Source: the human T2T-CHM13v2.0 reference genome, Homo sapiens. Taken from it: DNA of 64,000 nucleotides. A model generated the notes under the pieces. That model was not told where the DNA came from, did not search any database, and was given only the letters and a program-made list of their open reading frames with translations. This document shows, piece by piece, positions 1 to 17,000 of this stretch (positions are counted from its first letter, which is position 1; each line of letters begins with the position of its first letter). Both the position numbers and the translations under genes were made by a program. The stretch is from NCBI RefSeq assembly GCF_009914755.1, contig NC_060936.1, one strand, 5' to 3'.

Positions 1-1572
<1,572 letters not shown>

Positions 1573-1784
1573 TCAATGGCAAAATTTGTGCTAATAATTT
1601 TAAATGATTTTTTATTTACTACATTAAATAGCAAATAAAAAACATCATGGCAAGTCAAGAGATTTCAAAAGAAACAAGCTTTAATATTTAAGTATCTTTA
1701 ATAGGGCTTTTTCCTGCTTTTTGAACAAGAGGTCCAACATTTTTACTTCTTGCTGGGCCCCACAAATTATGTAGATGAAGCAAT

Positions 1785-2380
1785 TCCTTTGGAAAATTGG
1801 CAGTATCTACCAAAGTTGAACACACACTGCAAGTTCTATTACTTGGCAGTTCTACTCCTAAGTAGAGTATGTGTCCAATAGAAATGCATGCACAAGTTTA
1901 CAAAAGACATAACCAAGAATATACATAGCCACATTATTCTTAATAGCTAAAATCTAGAAACAACTCAAATTGTCCACTATTGGAAAAAATGAATAAATTA
2001 TATTCATATAATCACATACTTTATACAATTAAAATGAACAAATTGACATGTTCATGGATGTAGCTTACAAACATAATGCTAAGCAAAAGAAATCAAATGC
2101 AAAGAATATATAGAATAGTATAAAGAATAATGTAAAGCTGAAAAGCAAACAAAAGTAATCTATGGTCTTACATATCAGGAAACTGTTTATCTTTGGGGAG
2201 GAGGAAGGCATAATCATCAGGAGGAGGTACTTAGAAGGAATTCCAGGATTTCAGTAATGTTCTGTTTCCTGGCTGATTACATAACTTTCACTTCTTGATA
2301 ATGAGGCAAGCTGTTTATACTTAGGATTTGTGTATATTTTATACTTAAATTTGTATATTATACTTAAATTTTAAAAATTG
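1785..2380 (+). mobile_element. Old L1 (L1M/L1ME-type) 3' fragment
   Basis: Degenerate L1 3' motifs such as ttggcagtatctaccaaagttgaa and gaaacaactcaaattgtcc. Confidence 0.6.
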
Positions 2381-2939
2381 TCGTAAAAAAGTGAAAAAGT
2401 ATTTGCTCCCTCTCAGTTTAGATAAGAAAGCTATCTTATGAAAATAAAGCATTTACTTATAGACATGAAATCCAATAACTCAGTAATCTAATGCTTCTCT
2501 ATTTCTTTTAAAGCTGCAATTTCAAGGAAAGTGCTTTGTAAATAACATCACTAATCCAAAGGAAATTTTATTGATTTTTAAAGACCTATCTGCATGCTTC
2601 CTCTTCCCTCTAACCATCTCTTCATCATTCTCACCTCCTTTTCATTTGTGTTTGCTCTCAAACCCCAAGCTAAAACATCTTCTGGACTATTCTCAAACTA
2701 TGATTCTGTCCTTATTTCTGGATTGCCAGACAACACAAAACGTTTTTGTTTTTGGCTTTTGGATATTAACCTACATTCAACATTAAAGGTCCTGGAGATG
2801 TGAGTTGCAATTATCTTTAAAATTGTTTTATCTTTAAAATTTTATTTACAGCTCAACTTTAGTGGCCAGAGTAGTGGAGATTTGTAAGGCTCGTGGATTA
2901 CTTAAAAAGAGCAAGGGCATTTACAGCCAAATAAACTAG

Positions 2940-3395
2940 AACACATTGATGTTCTGGGAGGGTGGAGCATCTGGAAAGGGCATGGAAGCTGCATCCTGGG
3001 TGCCCTTTCAGACCTTGCAGCCCTATCTCTTTATCTTGCTGTTCATTTGTGTCCTTTATAATAAAATGGTAATAATAAGCATAGCACTTTCTGGAATCCC
3101 GTGAATTGTTCTGGTGAGTTATCCAACTTGGAGGGAATCATGGGGACTCTCAAATTTGTATTTAGCTAGGCAGAGATGCAGATAGCTTAGAGATACCTGA
3201 GTCTTGTAGCTGGCATCTGAAGTGGGGGCTGATTCATGGGACTGAGACCTTTACTTGTGGGGTCTGCATTAACTCTGGGTAGTTAGTGTTAGAAATTATG
3301 GACCTTGTCCTTAACTTGTGGAATCTGTCAGTAGTGTTAGAATTGGGATGAATTGCAGGACACCCAGTTGGTGTTGGAGAATTGTTGTCAGAACA
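2940..3395 (+). mobile_element. LTR fragment, MER21-like
   Basis: Motifs gttctgggagggtgg...gggcatggaagct and gcaggacacccagttggtgt. Confidence 0.6.
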
Positions 3396-3712
3396 TAGCG
3401 TGTAAAGTAGTAACACGGTGCCTAGCAAACGGTGAGTGCTCACTAAATGATAGTTGTAATTATTATTGGCTGAAGGCAAGGTCATCACTTCTTTCATTGA
3501 TTAGACATTTATTGGGAAGTTACTCTGTGCCAAGCAGCATGCAAGGTACACAGAGATGACTGACTCCTCTGCTACACACCAATGCTCCACAAGCCCACAG
3601 GAAAACAATACCAAAAAAAGAGTTCTGATGGAAAGTAGTACTGAATGTTATGGAACCTAGAAGAAATGATTAACTCTGGGGAGATTATAAATGATTTCAT
3701 GGAGATTATAAA

Positions 3713-4173
3713 GTGTTTCAGTTACCTAGGGCTGCTGTAACCAGTTACCACAAAGAGTGACTTGAAACAACAGAAGTTTCTTCTCTCACGGTTCTGGAAG
3801 CCAGAGTTTGAAATCAAGATGTCTGTGTATGGTTTATTCCTTCTAAAGGCTCTGAGGAAGAATCCGTTCCACACCTCTCCCAGCTTCTGGTGGTTGCCAG
3901 CAATCTTTGGAGTTCCTTGGCTGTGGCTGCATCATTCCCATCTCTTCCTCAGTTGTTACATGGCCTTTTCCTCCTCTGTGTCTCCAAGTCCAAATTTCTC
4001 TCTTCTTATAAAGTCACTAGTCATTGAATTAGGGGCTACCCTAATCCAATATGAGCTTGTCTTAACTTGATTGCATTTGCAGCATCCCTATTTCCAATTA
4101 AGGTCACATTCAGAGGTACTCAGGGTTAGGACTTAAACGTACATTTTGGGGGTAAACAATTCAACCTGCAACA
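3713..4173 (-). mobile_element. MaLR LTR (MLT1 family)
   Basis: agggctgctgtaaccagttaccacaaa...cttgaaacaacagaag, ending ttcaacctgcaaca. Confidence 0.75.
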
Positions 4174-5130
4174 CAGAAATGGTGGCTTTTCAATTGAGTA
4201 ATAAAGGATAAGTAGGGGTTCACCAGGTAAGAGATACTGCAAAACCTCAAACATGAAGTAACAAACAAATTGGAAAAGACCCAGACACATATCAGAAATA
4301 CTACAGAAGAACAAGATTTGGTGACTTATTAGATATAGGTACCTACTACGAGGTGCTCAGTAAATCCTTCTGAAGATAGTATTAATCAGTCAGTCAAAAT
4401 TACTCAGAGTTACCTTGGCCCATGTGACCAGAAACAAGGAAGTTGATTTTCTAGGAAACAATCAGTTTGGGACATGATGATTTGAGATGAAAGCAAGAAA
4501 TCCAAATGAAATTTTTCAATAAATGCAGGAGGTGAGAAGAGAATCTGCAGGGCAGGTTAGGGCTGATGACACAAATATCAAAGTAGTTGACTTAGAGATT
4601 GATAGATGAAGAATGAGATTATATGAAACCTCTAAGACAAAATAAGAAGATCAACAAATTCAGCCTATGGGTACATTATACAGGCCAGAAGAAGAGCTAG
4701 TTAAGAAAACAGAAGAAACAGTCAGTATGTAGGAAAAAAAAATACTGAGTATCATCATGGAGGACAAAAAAGGCAAAAATTCAAGAACGATGCTATGTAA
4801 TGAGAGGGTAAATGTGGAATTGTCAGAATGAGTCTTGAGGACATTTGATCTGAAAAATTACTAGGATTTTTAAACCTAAATATGCTGAATATTTGCACAT
4901 ACAGACCTTTGTTATTGTCTTCATTATAAAGGCACCAGATTACATCCAAGCTTTACTCTTCCATAAAATTTCAGAACAATGTAATAAATTCTGTACAAGA
5001 AGAACAAGAGGAACAATAACTGCTGTGAAAGACGGGAAGATGTGGATAATGAATGACCAAGTGTTGTTAGGATGTATACTCTGAAACCTGATGATGTAAC
5101 ATCATTTCTTGAAATTATGCACAGAGAGTT

Positions 5131-6014
<884 letters not shown>

Positions 6015-6263
6015 TAAACATTTTTGTAAGTATTTTTCCAATAAATATTGCACCCAGAGTTCTTATGGCCAGCAGCAGTTGTGTCACTTGTAAACTGTAG
6101 GAGTTGGACTAGGTCCTCTAAGTCGTTTTCCAGTCTCAAATTGTAAGCAATCTGAGTATTTTAATGAAAGAGAAAATGTTTAGCCATAATCTCAGATTTT
6201 TTTTTCCCACATGTCTGGGGTTCCTAGGGGTAAATAAATGTTTGCTTCAAAAACAAAACTTTA

Positions 6264-6581
<318 letters not shown>

Positions 6582-7111
6582 CTAATATTGAAATTATAAA
6601 AAGCCCTTGGCTGAAAGTTATTCAAACATAAAAATCAGACTTTTAAAAGTCAGTGGTGACTAGGCAAATGTTATCATAGCAACATACCCTAAACTGAAAA
6701 ATGCCATGAAAATGGTTTAGAAAGAAAACAATCAAATGAGATCAATCACAAAGTGTTGGAGGAAATTATTTTTTAGAGTTGAGGATTTTCTAATCACAGA
6801 GATGATACATAATAACTGTAGAAAGTTTTGAAAACACAAAAAGCCCAAGTAAGAAAATGAAGTACCGAATACTCTTTTCCTCCATCAATCCTAAGAGGAT
6901 AATTGTTAAAATTTTAGTATATATCATGTTGTGACATAATCGATTTTTAGAAAAATGTTTTTCATGTATTAAATGGGAAAAGATTGAGTTATAAGAGAAC
7001 ACAAACCGAATGCTATTTTAAAATATTATATATTATCTGTGTATATAATATGTAAATACGTATATACACACACATGCATATAGAACTGGAGGAATAATGA
7101 GCACATGTTAT

Positions 7112-7427
<316 letters not shown>

Positions 7428-7499
7428 ACAGGTTATTTTCATGAGGTCATTGTGATGAAAGCCTAAGAAACGTTCAGTTTATTTTTTTAAATTACCAAG

Positions 7500-7652
7500 T
7501 AGCCAGGTGCAGTGGTTTATGCCTATAATCTCAGCACTTTGTGAGGCTAAGGTGGAAGGATTGCTTGAGCCCAGGAGTTTGAGACCAGCTTGAGCAACAT
7601 AGCAAGACCCCCATCTCTACCAAAAAAAAAAAATTTAAATAAAATAAAATAA
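7500..7652 (+). mobile_element. FLAM / Alu left monomer
   Basis: Single monomer followed by an A-rich tail. Confidence 0.8.
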
Positions 7653-8939
7653 CCAAGCAATGTGTACCACAAATGTCTTCACACCATTCCCGATCTTTAC
7701 TCTATCCCTGAACCCCAGTGTATATATAACTCTCTAGGGTAAGGTCATAGGTTATAGGTAAGTGATGAAGCTCAAATATGGGATAGGTTCTTGATCTTTG
7801 TTTTGAAATTACTTCCCAAACCAGAAATATCCTCGGTCCCACAAGCTTGAGAGTCTTTTGAACATCCATGCCTAAGGGTGGCTGTAAAAATAGCTACTAC
7901 CAAGATACTTGTCTCATGTATATTAAGAGCTGTTGTCTGCCTCACCTCATTTCTCCCTCACCTGTTTCTAGATTTCTGAGGATTTGTGCCTGTGCTTAGC
8001 TGGGGCTTGGCCACTGATATTACTGTGTATCTGTGCCATTGTCACCATGTCCTTCAGGATTTCCTTGGCATCTCCATTTGTTAGTCTTTGCAGTTCACTG
8101 CTCTCTTCTTTCCAGCTGGGATGAAAACACTTTATTCTTCCGGTATCCAAAACTTGGGGGCGGGGGATGTTGGAGAGGATCCCACAGCAAAGGGCTATGT
8201 CACATAGTGGAACAGTTTTGTGACTTAACCATAGTCCTCTCTTTTCCGGATAATATGTATGCTGGCATTGGGAAGGTAGGATGGGGTTGAAGTGTCTGGG
8301 TCTACATGGGTTCTAGTCCAGTTTCATGAACTTCTAGGACTTCAGACTGCTTCTGCCCATACTGCCAGAATCATTCTTTCCCAACATTTATTTTATCTCA
8401 GGGTCTCAGCTGCCTCTGTCTGCAATCTGGTTTTCACATACATCTCACATCCCACTAGATATAGTGTATACATTTGAACTCCAGGTTTAGACAGGGATTA
8501 GTTTTCTTCCCATAGGTTTTATAGGTGCTCAACAAACCAGAGAGTATTACCAAGTGCCCACTTAGTGCGTCAGCTAGGATGCGTTTGGCTTCAAATCACA
8601 AGATTCCTGGCTTAAAAAGGAAATTTATCTCATATAGTTATAAGACCACAAGTAGGACAGGCTCCAGGCATAGAATGAATGAACTGCTCAATGACATCAG
8701 CAAGGACTTGGTTTTTCCTCTCACTAGGTTTTTCCTGTCATGATTCCCAGGGCTTGTTTCATTCTAATATTGATGTCCATGTGGTTGCAAAACGGTTCCC
8801 TGCCATGACCAGAGCTGCTACATGTTCTTATTTTGATCCAGAAGAGAGCTATCTGAATGAAATATGATTCCCCAACTCATACATTATTGGACCAATTTCA
8901 ATCATGTCTCAGCCCCAATCTGAGTGCATGGACCATGGC

Positions 8940-10460
<1,521 letters not shown>

Positions 10461-10513
10461 AAGAATTGGGGCCAAAGACAGAAGGGGGAAGTGGCATCAA
10501 AAATTTTGGTTTG

Positions 10514-10878
10514 CATGGAATACTATGCAGCCATAAAAAATGATGAGTTCATGTCCTTTGTAGGGACATGGATGAAACTGGAAACCATTATTCTCAGCAA
10601 ACTATCGCAAGGACAAAAAACCAAACACCACGTGTTCTCACTCATAGGTGGGAATTGAACAATGAGAACACATGGACACAGGAAGGGGAACATCACACAC
10701 CAGGGCCTGTTGTGGGGTGGGGGGAGTGGGGAGAGATAGCATTAGGAGATATACCTAATGCTAAATGATGAGTTAATGGGTGCAGCACACCAACATGGCA
10801 CATGTATATGTATGTAACAAACCTGCACGTTGTGCACATGTACCCTAAAACTTAAAGTATAATAATAATAAAATTTAA
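10514..10878 (+). mobile_element. 5'-truncated L1PA (PA4-6-like) 3' end
   Basis: ORF2 C-terminus MEYYAAIKNDEFMSFVGTWMKLETIILSKL plus 3'UTR; 14-bp TSD AAAAATTTTGGTTT (10499-10512 / 10879-10892). Confidence 0.93.
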
Positions 10879-11875
10879 AAAAATTTTGGTTTAAGTTGAA
10901 AGAAACAACATCATATTTGTATGCTGATGGAATTGAGGTGGTAAAGAGTGAAAAACTGATCATGTAACAGGGACCAGGGAAAGCATGTGCCCTTGATGCC
11001 TTTGAAATGGTAATAGGGATAGGATCCAGTGCACAAACGAAGTATAATGATTTACATAGGACCCTAGATAATTCATCCATGGAAAACACGAAGAAAGAGT
11101 ATGTTGGCAAAGATGCTAGTAGATAGTTCGATGTAGTAGTGAGATTCCGTGGAAGTTTTTTCCTGATGCATCAGTATTCTCAATAAATATTCTCAAGATA
11201 ATTGGTGGAGGACAGGATGATGGGAGTTGAGAAAAAAGAAAGTATAGCATAGCTTTCAAGGAGACCAGAAGAATGCATGGGCTAAAGGTGCATAGTATGC
11301 TTGTCCAGTGGCATAAAGGACCCACTTGAGAGTCTTGGCCTTGATTTTAAATTGAGTTCAATTAACAGGATTTTGGTTTTCCACCCCGTTCCCCAGCTAC
11401 ACTCAGGTGCATGGGTGTGGAGCCAACTTAGAAAATTGGATTTAATCAGAATTGCAAACTTGCCAAGAGAGCTCAACAAAGTGAGAGAGGAGCAAGGGAA
11501 TGTAGAGCATATGCAAAGGAGTGAATAAAATAATTGACCACAGACTTAATGGATAAGCAGAAAAGTCAGGATGTCAAGAGGGTGGAGCCAGAAAAGAGGC
11601 AGCAAGATTTTGGATTGGATATCTGGTGAAGGGACAGGATTGTTGGGGTCAGAGTACTAGAGGGAATGTGCTAGAAAGACAGGAGGTATGATCAGAGAGT
11701 GGATTCATGAAAGAAATTATAGATGGGATGCAGCTATTGATAATGACAAATTCTAGGGGACGCTCATGGGAGTAAGTGTCTGAAATGGAGCATTGGGTGG
11801 AGTACAATGTCACCAGAGAAGAGGAGTCAAGGAAATGAGAGGCCAGGGCATTGGAAAGATCACCATCTATTCTAC

Positions 11876-11881
<6 letters not shown>

Positions 11882-11923
<42 letters not shown>

Positions 11924-12390
11924 TTTAATTTTGTTTCATCAACTTTTATTTTAAGTTCTAGGGTACATGTGCAGGATGTGCAGTTTGTTACATAGGTAAA
12001 TATGTGCCATTGTGGTTTGCTGCACAGATGATCCCACCACCTAGGTATTAAGCCCAGCATCTATTAGCTATTGCTTCTGATTCACTGCCTCCCCCTACCC
12101 CCTCCCCTGACAGGCCCCAGTATGCATTGTTCCCCACCAAGTGTCCATGTGTTCTCATGGTTCAGCTCCCACTTATAAGTGAGAACATGCAGTATTTGAT
12201 TTTCTGTTCCTGTGTTAGTTTGCTGAGGATAATGGCCTCCAGCTCTATCCCTATCCCTGCAAAGGACATGATCTCATTCCTTTTTATGGCTGCATAGTAT
12301 TCCATGGTGTATACATACCACGTTTTCTTTATCCAGTCTATCATTGATGGGCATTTGGCTTGATTCCATGTCTTTGCTATTGTGAATAGT
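11882..12390 (-). mobile_element. 5'-truncated older L1PA 3' end with a (TA)n(TG)n tail
   Basis: ORF2 end MEYYAAIKRNEIMSF on the minus strand; TSD TATTCTACATATAT (11868-11881 / 12391-12404). Confidence 0.9.
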
Positions 12391-12856
12391 TATTCTACAT
12401 ATATTTTAAATCACTGAGAACTAAGATAGGATTAGTACTGGAGAGAGCAACAATGAGCCAGGAGCTAGAGAGTCTAAAAACGAGGAGAAGGAATTGGAGT
12501 CGGGGAGATCAGCAGTTGATAGCAACCATGATGATACAACCTGATGATATAAAAATCAAAACTCAAGACAGTTTTAGGAATAGGAAGGCAACATGGTCTG
12601 AGAACGACTGCCAACACTGAAAATACAGGAAATTTCACATACTCTAGCTTTCACTTAGGATCCTTGCTTCTTGGTAAATTACAAGATCTGGTAAAGCAGG
12701 CCTTTCTGATTGCTTCCCTCATCTGCAGTGATTTCCTGTTTCCTCTGAGTGAGTTTGCCTCCCTGTAGTAGCAATTCAAAAGCTACCAAATAATTAATGG
12801 CCTTTTGCCTCTGTTGCTCAGCATGTTCAGGTAGTCCCTTTAAGAGATGTATAGAG

Positions 12857-13210
<354 letters not shown>

Positions 13211-14029
13211 GTGTACAGTGTGTACAGATTGACAATAAAACCTTGAACAACGGGATATCGAAATTCTTGCCCACACAGTATGGGCTTTGCCAGTTTTCAG
13301 ATACATTTTTATGAAGTATTTTCGCTGGCAAAACCATTCAGGTAGGGGCATGAAATGATAGTGTTTCATCACTCGTGATCTCTAGGGGCAGCTATTCCAA
13401 AGACTACAATCTGAGAGGTTTCAAAACACCTCTGGTGTTTTCACTTGATGGCCACTGCCCACTCTTCCAGTCACTAAGGCTGAGATTTTTCTCACCACTT
13501 TCAAAACAACTTTTTGTCACTGGTAACATGCCTCATGTGACCTAGAAGATTTTGAAACAACAATTTTACTTAAACTCCGTGAAGATTTCAAAACAACAAT
13601 TTTACTTAAACTCCATGTTGAAGGCAAAAAGGAAGATTGTGTGAAGCACTTTGAGGAAGGAAAAAATGATGGAACGATATTTCATCAAGGAAGCCCATGA
13701 GGAAGAAAATTTATTAAAACCAAGTAGGTGTATGGAGGAGAGGCCGCCTCGTGAAGAAAACGAACATAATTTTACGCTGATTTGGTGTCTTTTCTGTTTT
13801 TCTCTTGTTGGTATCTACATTCATCTTTTCCAATAATAATCCCATATATGTACATTTTTATCTGTTTAAATTCAGTAAAAGTTGGGAGGAAAATGTGTCA
13901 AAACTTTTAGAGTGTGATGGGCTGAGTGGGGTTGTGAGTGATTATCTTCTTTTTTCAGTTTTTTTCTGGGTTTTCCAAGTGTTCCTCGATGAACATGGAT
14001 AGTTTTTCTGACAGGATAAAAAAGAAGTA

Positions 14030-14370
14030 GTCCGGGACAGTGGCTAACACCCCGAATCCCAGCACTTTGGGAAGCCGGAGGTGGGAGGATCGCTTGAGGC
14101 CAGGAGTTTGAAACCAGCCTGGGCAGCATAACGACACTCCCTCTCTACGAAAAACGAAAAAAAATAATTAGCCGGACGTGGTGGCGTGCGACTGTGGTCC
14201 CAGCTACTCGGGAGGCTGAGGTGGGAGGATCGCTTGAGCCCAATAGGTGGAGGCTCCGTGAGCTGAGATAGCGCCACTGCGCTCCTGCCTGGGCGACAGA
14301 GTGAGAACCTGACTCAAAACAAAGAAAAAAGGAAGAAAAGAAAGGAAGGGAAGAAGGAAGGAAGGGAGAA
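14030..14370 (+). mobile_element. AluJ abutting the IRAK3 promoter
   Basis: J-type ggaggatcgcttgag in both arms; A/G-rich tail. Confidence 0.85.
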
Positions 14371-14407
14371 GCTTTCAAAAATAAACTTTTGTAAGAAGTA
14401 ATGACAC

Positions 14408-15080
14408 CGCTAGCCGTCCACACCAGGAGACCGCCTAGCCGTGGGGCACGGTGGGCTCCTGGGAGCTCTGAGCTCTGGGCTTTCTCCAGTTCGCACTCTG
14501 CTTGTCTCGGCAGCTCCGTCCCCACCGCAGAGGTGTGAAGGGGCGCAAAGCCAGCGAAGGGAGAACCCGGGTCGGGTAACCCCCAGGCCTGGCCAGGCGG
14601 ACGCAGGGGCATCTCGGGCGAGGCGCGCCTTGCGTCACGTGGGCACCGCCCCTGCAGTGACCGGAGAACGGCGTGTTCCTAGGGCTCTGCTGCCGTCGTG
14701 GAAGCAGGATTTCCGCGGTTGTGTAACGGCCTGTCGCAGGCGTGCAGGGACCTGGACTCCGCCTCGTCCCCGGGGCTCGGGCAGCCGAGCCATGGCGGGG
14801 AACTGTGGGGCCCGCGGCGCGCTGTCGGCGCACACGCTGCTGTTCGACCTGCCGCCCGCGCTGCTCGGAGAGCTCTGCGCTGTTCTGGACAGCTGCGACG
14901 GCGCGCTGGGCTGGCGCGGCCTGGGTGAGTCGGCGGGGACCGGCCGGGGGCGGCGGGGGAGCCCAGCGCGCCGCGGGGCCCGCTCGGCGTCGCCCTGCAT
15001 GGCTGGGGTCCCTCGCGGGGCTGGCGCGGCCTCCGGGAAGTTCCCGCCAGGGAGCCGGCCCCCTCCTTTCCTGGGTTGGA
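14408..15080 (+). promoter_or_regulatory. IRAK3: CpG-island promoter / first exon of IRAK3
   Basis: Very high GC and CpG density around the ATG at 14792; no obvious TATA box; TGCGTCACGTG at 14631-14641. Confidence 0.9.
14792..14924 (+). CDS. IRAK3: IRAK3 coding exon 1 (c.1-133, aa 1-44/45)
   Basis: gccATGG Kozak; MAGNCGARGALSAHTLLFDLPPALLGELCAVLDSCDGALGWRGL; donor G|gtgagt, phase 1. Confidence 0.98.
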
Positions 15081-16479
15081 TGCAGAGACTCCCTGGGACC
15101 CAGATGCCTTCCCTCCCTTCTCTTTCAAAGAATTTTGGGTATCGCTGCAAAGTCAAGGGAGCCGAGGCCTGGGAAAGACAGATAACCAGCGTGAAAGCAT
15201 CTTCTGTTCGTCCGCGATGCCACCCTCACTGGGTTCGCAATGTATGATGTCTTCTGGTCCTTGCAAAATCACCCCAGAACATCATTTTAGTATTGAGACA
15301 TTTTTAGAACTTTGAGATACTTATCCTTTGGTGTTTTCAATGCATCCCTAAGCCCCTAACTTAATTACAAGTGAAATGCTAAAGTAAACTACGGTTTGCA
15401 ATGAACGCGGCTCCTAATTTTCTTAATTAAATCTTATTTACCCAATTTCGTTGAATGAAGGTTTATGCTAAAGGGTGGCTTTTTATTTTAATCTAAAAAA
15501 ATTGGCTTCAGAACTGTATTTTATGCAGACATTGGAAAGTTGAGCAACTGCCTGCTGGAAGTGTTGAGTGTAGCCAGAGATAATTCGGACAAAAATCTTC
15601 GTTTTGTTAAGTACAGGCATTTTTGGTTAGATTTGATATTCCACAATGTCATGTTTAATGTTTATTGAAAAGAATCATGATTATGTCAAAATAACTTAGC
15701 TTTAATGGTCTGAAATAGGATTTTTCTTACCAGGACTAGCAGAAGGCCTAAGAGGAGAGTTTTCTTTGTTACTGATGAACAGTATGGTGACAGTCTTTGA
15801 ATTGTAGCAATGGGCTTCTGGTTATACAAAAAATGTTTATATATTTTAAGCTCTGTAATTTTAAGTTATGGCCCTTAAGAAAAAAAAAAAAGTCTGATTT
15901 CTAGAAAACGAGATTTCCAGTGTGCATTTGAGGGATTTTGAGGGATAAGGTCACTTCCCCATCAGATCTTTTTGAGATGGATTTTGGCGTGGACAGTATT
16001 TATACCCGTTGATTTCCTAGAGTTACTGACTTTGAGAAAGAAAAGTGTTTTTAGTCCAGTTTAATGTTGGTGAATGGGGCCAGGTGGGTGTGGTAAATTA
16101 GTGAGGCAGATTATTCTCTCTCTTTCTGTTGATAGCATTGAAATCCAGATATTCATGCTTTACATGGCTTGTCTCATATAACTTCTCCAATTACTCTGTG
16201 AGTCATTATCATCGCCAGTGTTTTTTTAACAGGTCAGGAAACTGGTACAAATTGGTTAAGTAACTTGTTCAGGTTCACCAGCTGGAAATGGAAGAGCCAG
16301 GATCTGAACCATGGTAGTCTGGATCCAAGGCTTATGTCCTTAACCCCAGCTACTCTACACTTCTCCCCTTACTGCTGTGTTCTTTCTGGCCACATCTAAC
16401 AGCCTCCCTAAAGTACAGACATTTCTGGCATCAAAGAACAATTCAGTGATCCATTTCAAGCATGCAGCCCTATTTTCCT

Positions 16480-17000
16480 AGTGGTGAAAATGAATGAGGA
16501 CCACCCAAATGAGAACAAACAAAAGCTATTTTTTTCAAAGCAAGGGAGCCAGCACCATTGCTTGTGTTTGGCAGAGACTCAAAAGCAGACAGAGGATGGA
16601 GGAGGGTGGGAGAAGAAGGCTTCAGCTGTGTCCTGATTGGAGGCTGTTGATATGGGGAAGCTGTAGTTGAGCTACCTAAAAGGGGGTATTTTGTGTGTTT
16701 GTTTAGGGGTACATAATTGGCTTTCTCTGGTTGGCCCTAAGTTGGAAGTAGGAGCAAAAATTGAGGAAGTGGTCAGTAATTATTCAAGTCCTGGCCATTT
16801 GAGACAGGTTGCTACAGGGGTTCTTGTTTGGCTGCCTGGGCTAGTTGCTACAGTTTAACCCAGTTACTGATAGTTTAACTTGTTAGATACTGTAGACGGT
16901 AGGTTGGTTTCTTGGACTGGTTGATGTACATTGCCTGCAGAGTTCTATTTTTATATATAAGCTGGCCATTGTCCCTTTGTGTATTCATTCTCTCACAGGG
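16480..17000 (-). mobile_element. ERV-type LTR (family not assigned)
   Basis: LTR-like end tgtgagagaatgaatacacaaagggacaatggcc on the minus strand; ~520 bp. Confidence 0.45.

Noticed and set aside
14145-15185. Several 130-170 aa overlapping ORFs on both strands
   Set aside because: Expected from stop-codon scarcity in a CpG island; low-complexity R/P/G/A translations.
14441-15247. 268-aa ORF spanning the promoter
   Set aside because: GTG-started GC-rich read-through that contains exon 1 and runs past the strong gtgagt donor. Only 14792-14924 is coding.
16199-16205. AP-1 heptamers TGAGTCA/TGACTCA here and elsewhere
   Set aside because: Isolated 7-mers at roughly chance frequency, with no supporting context.
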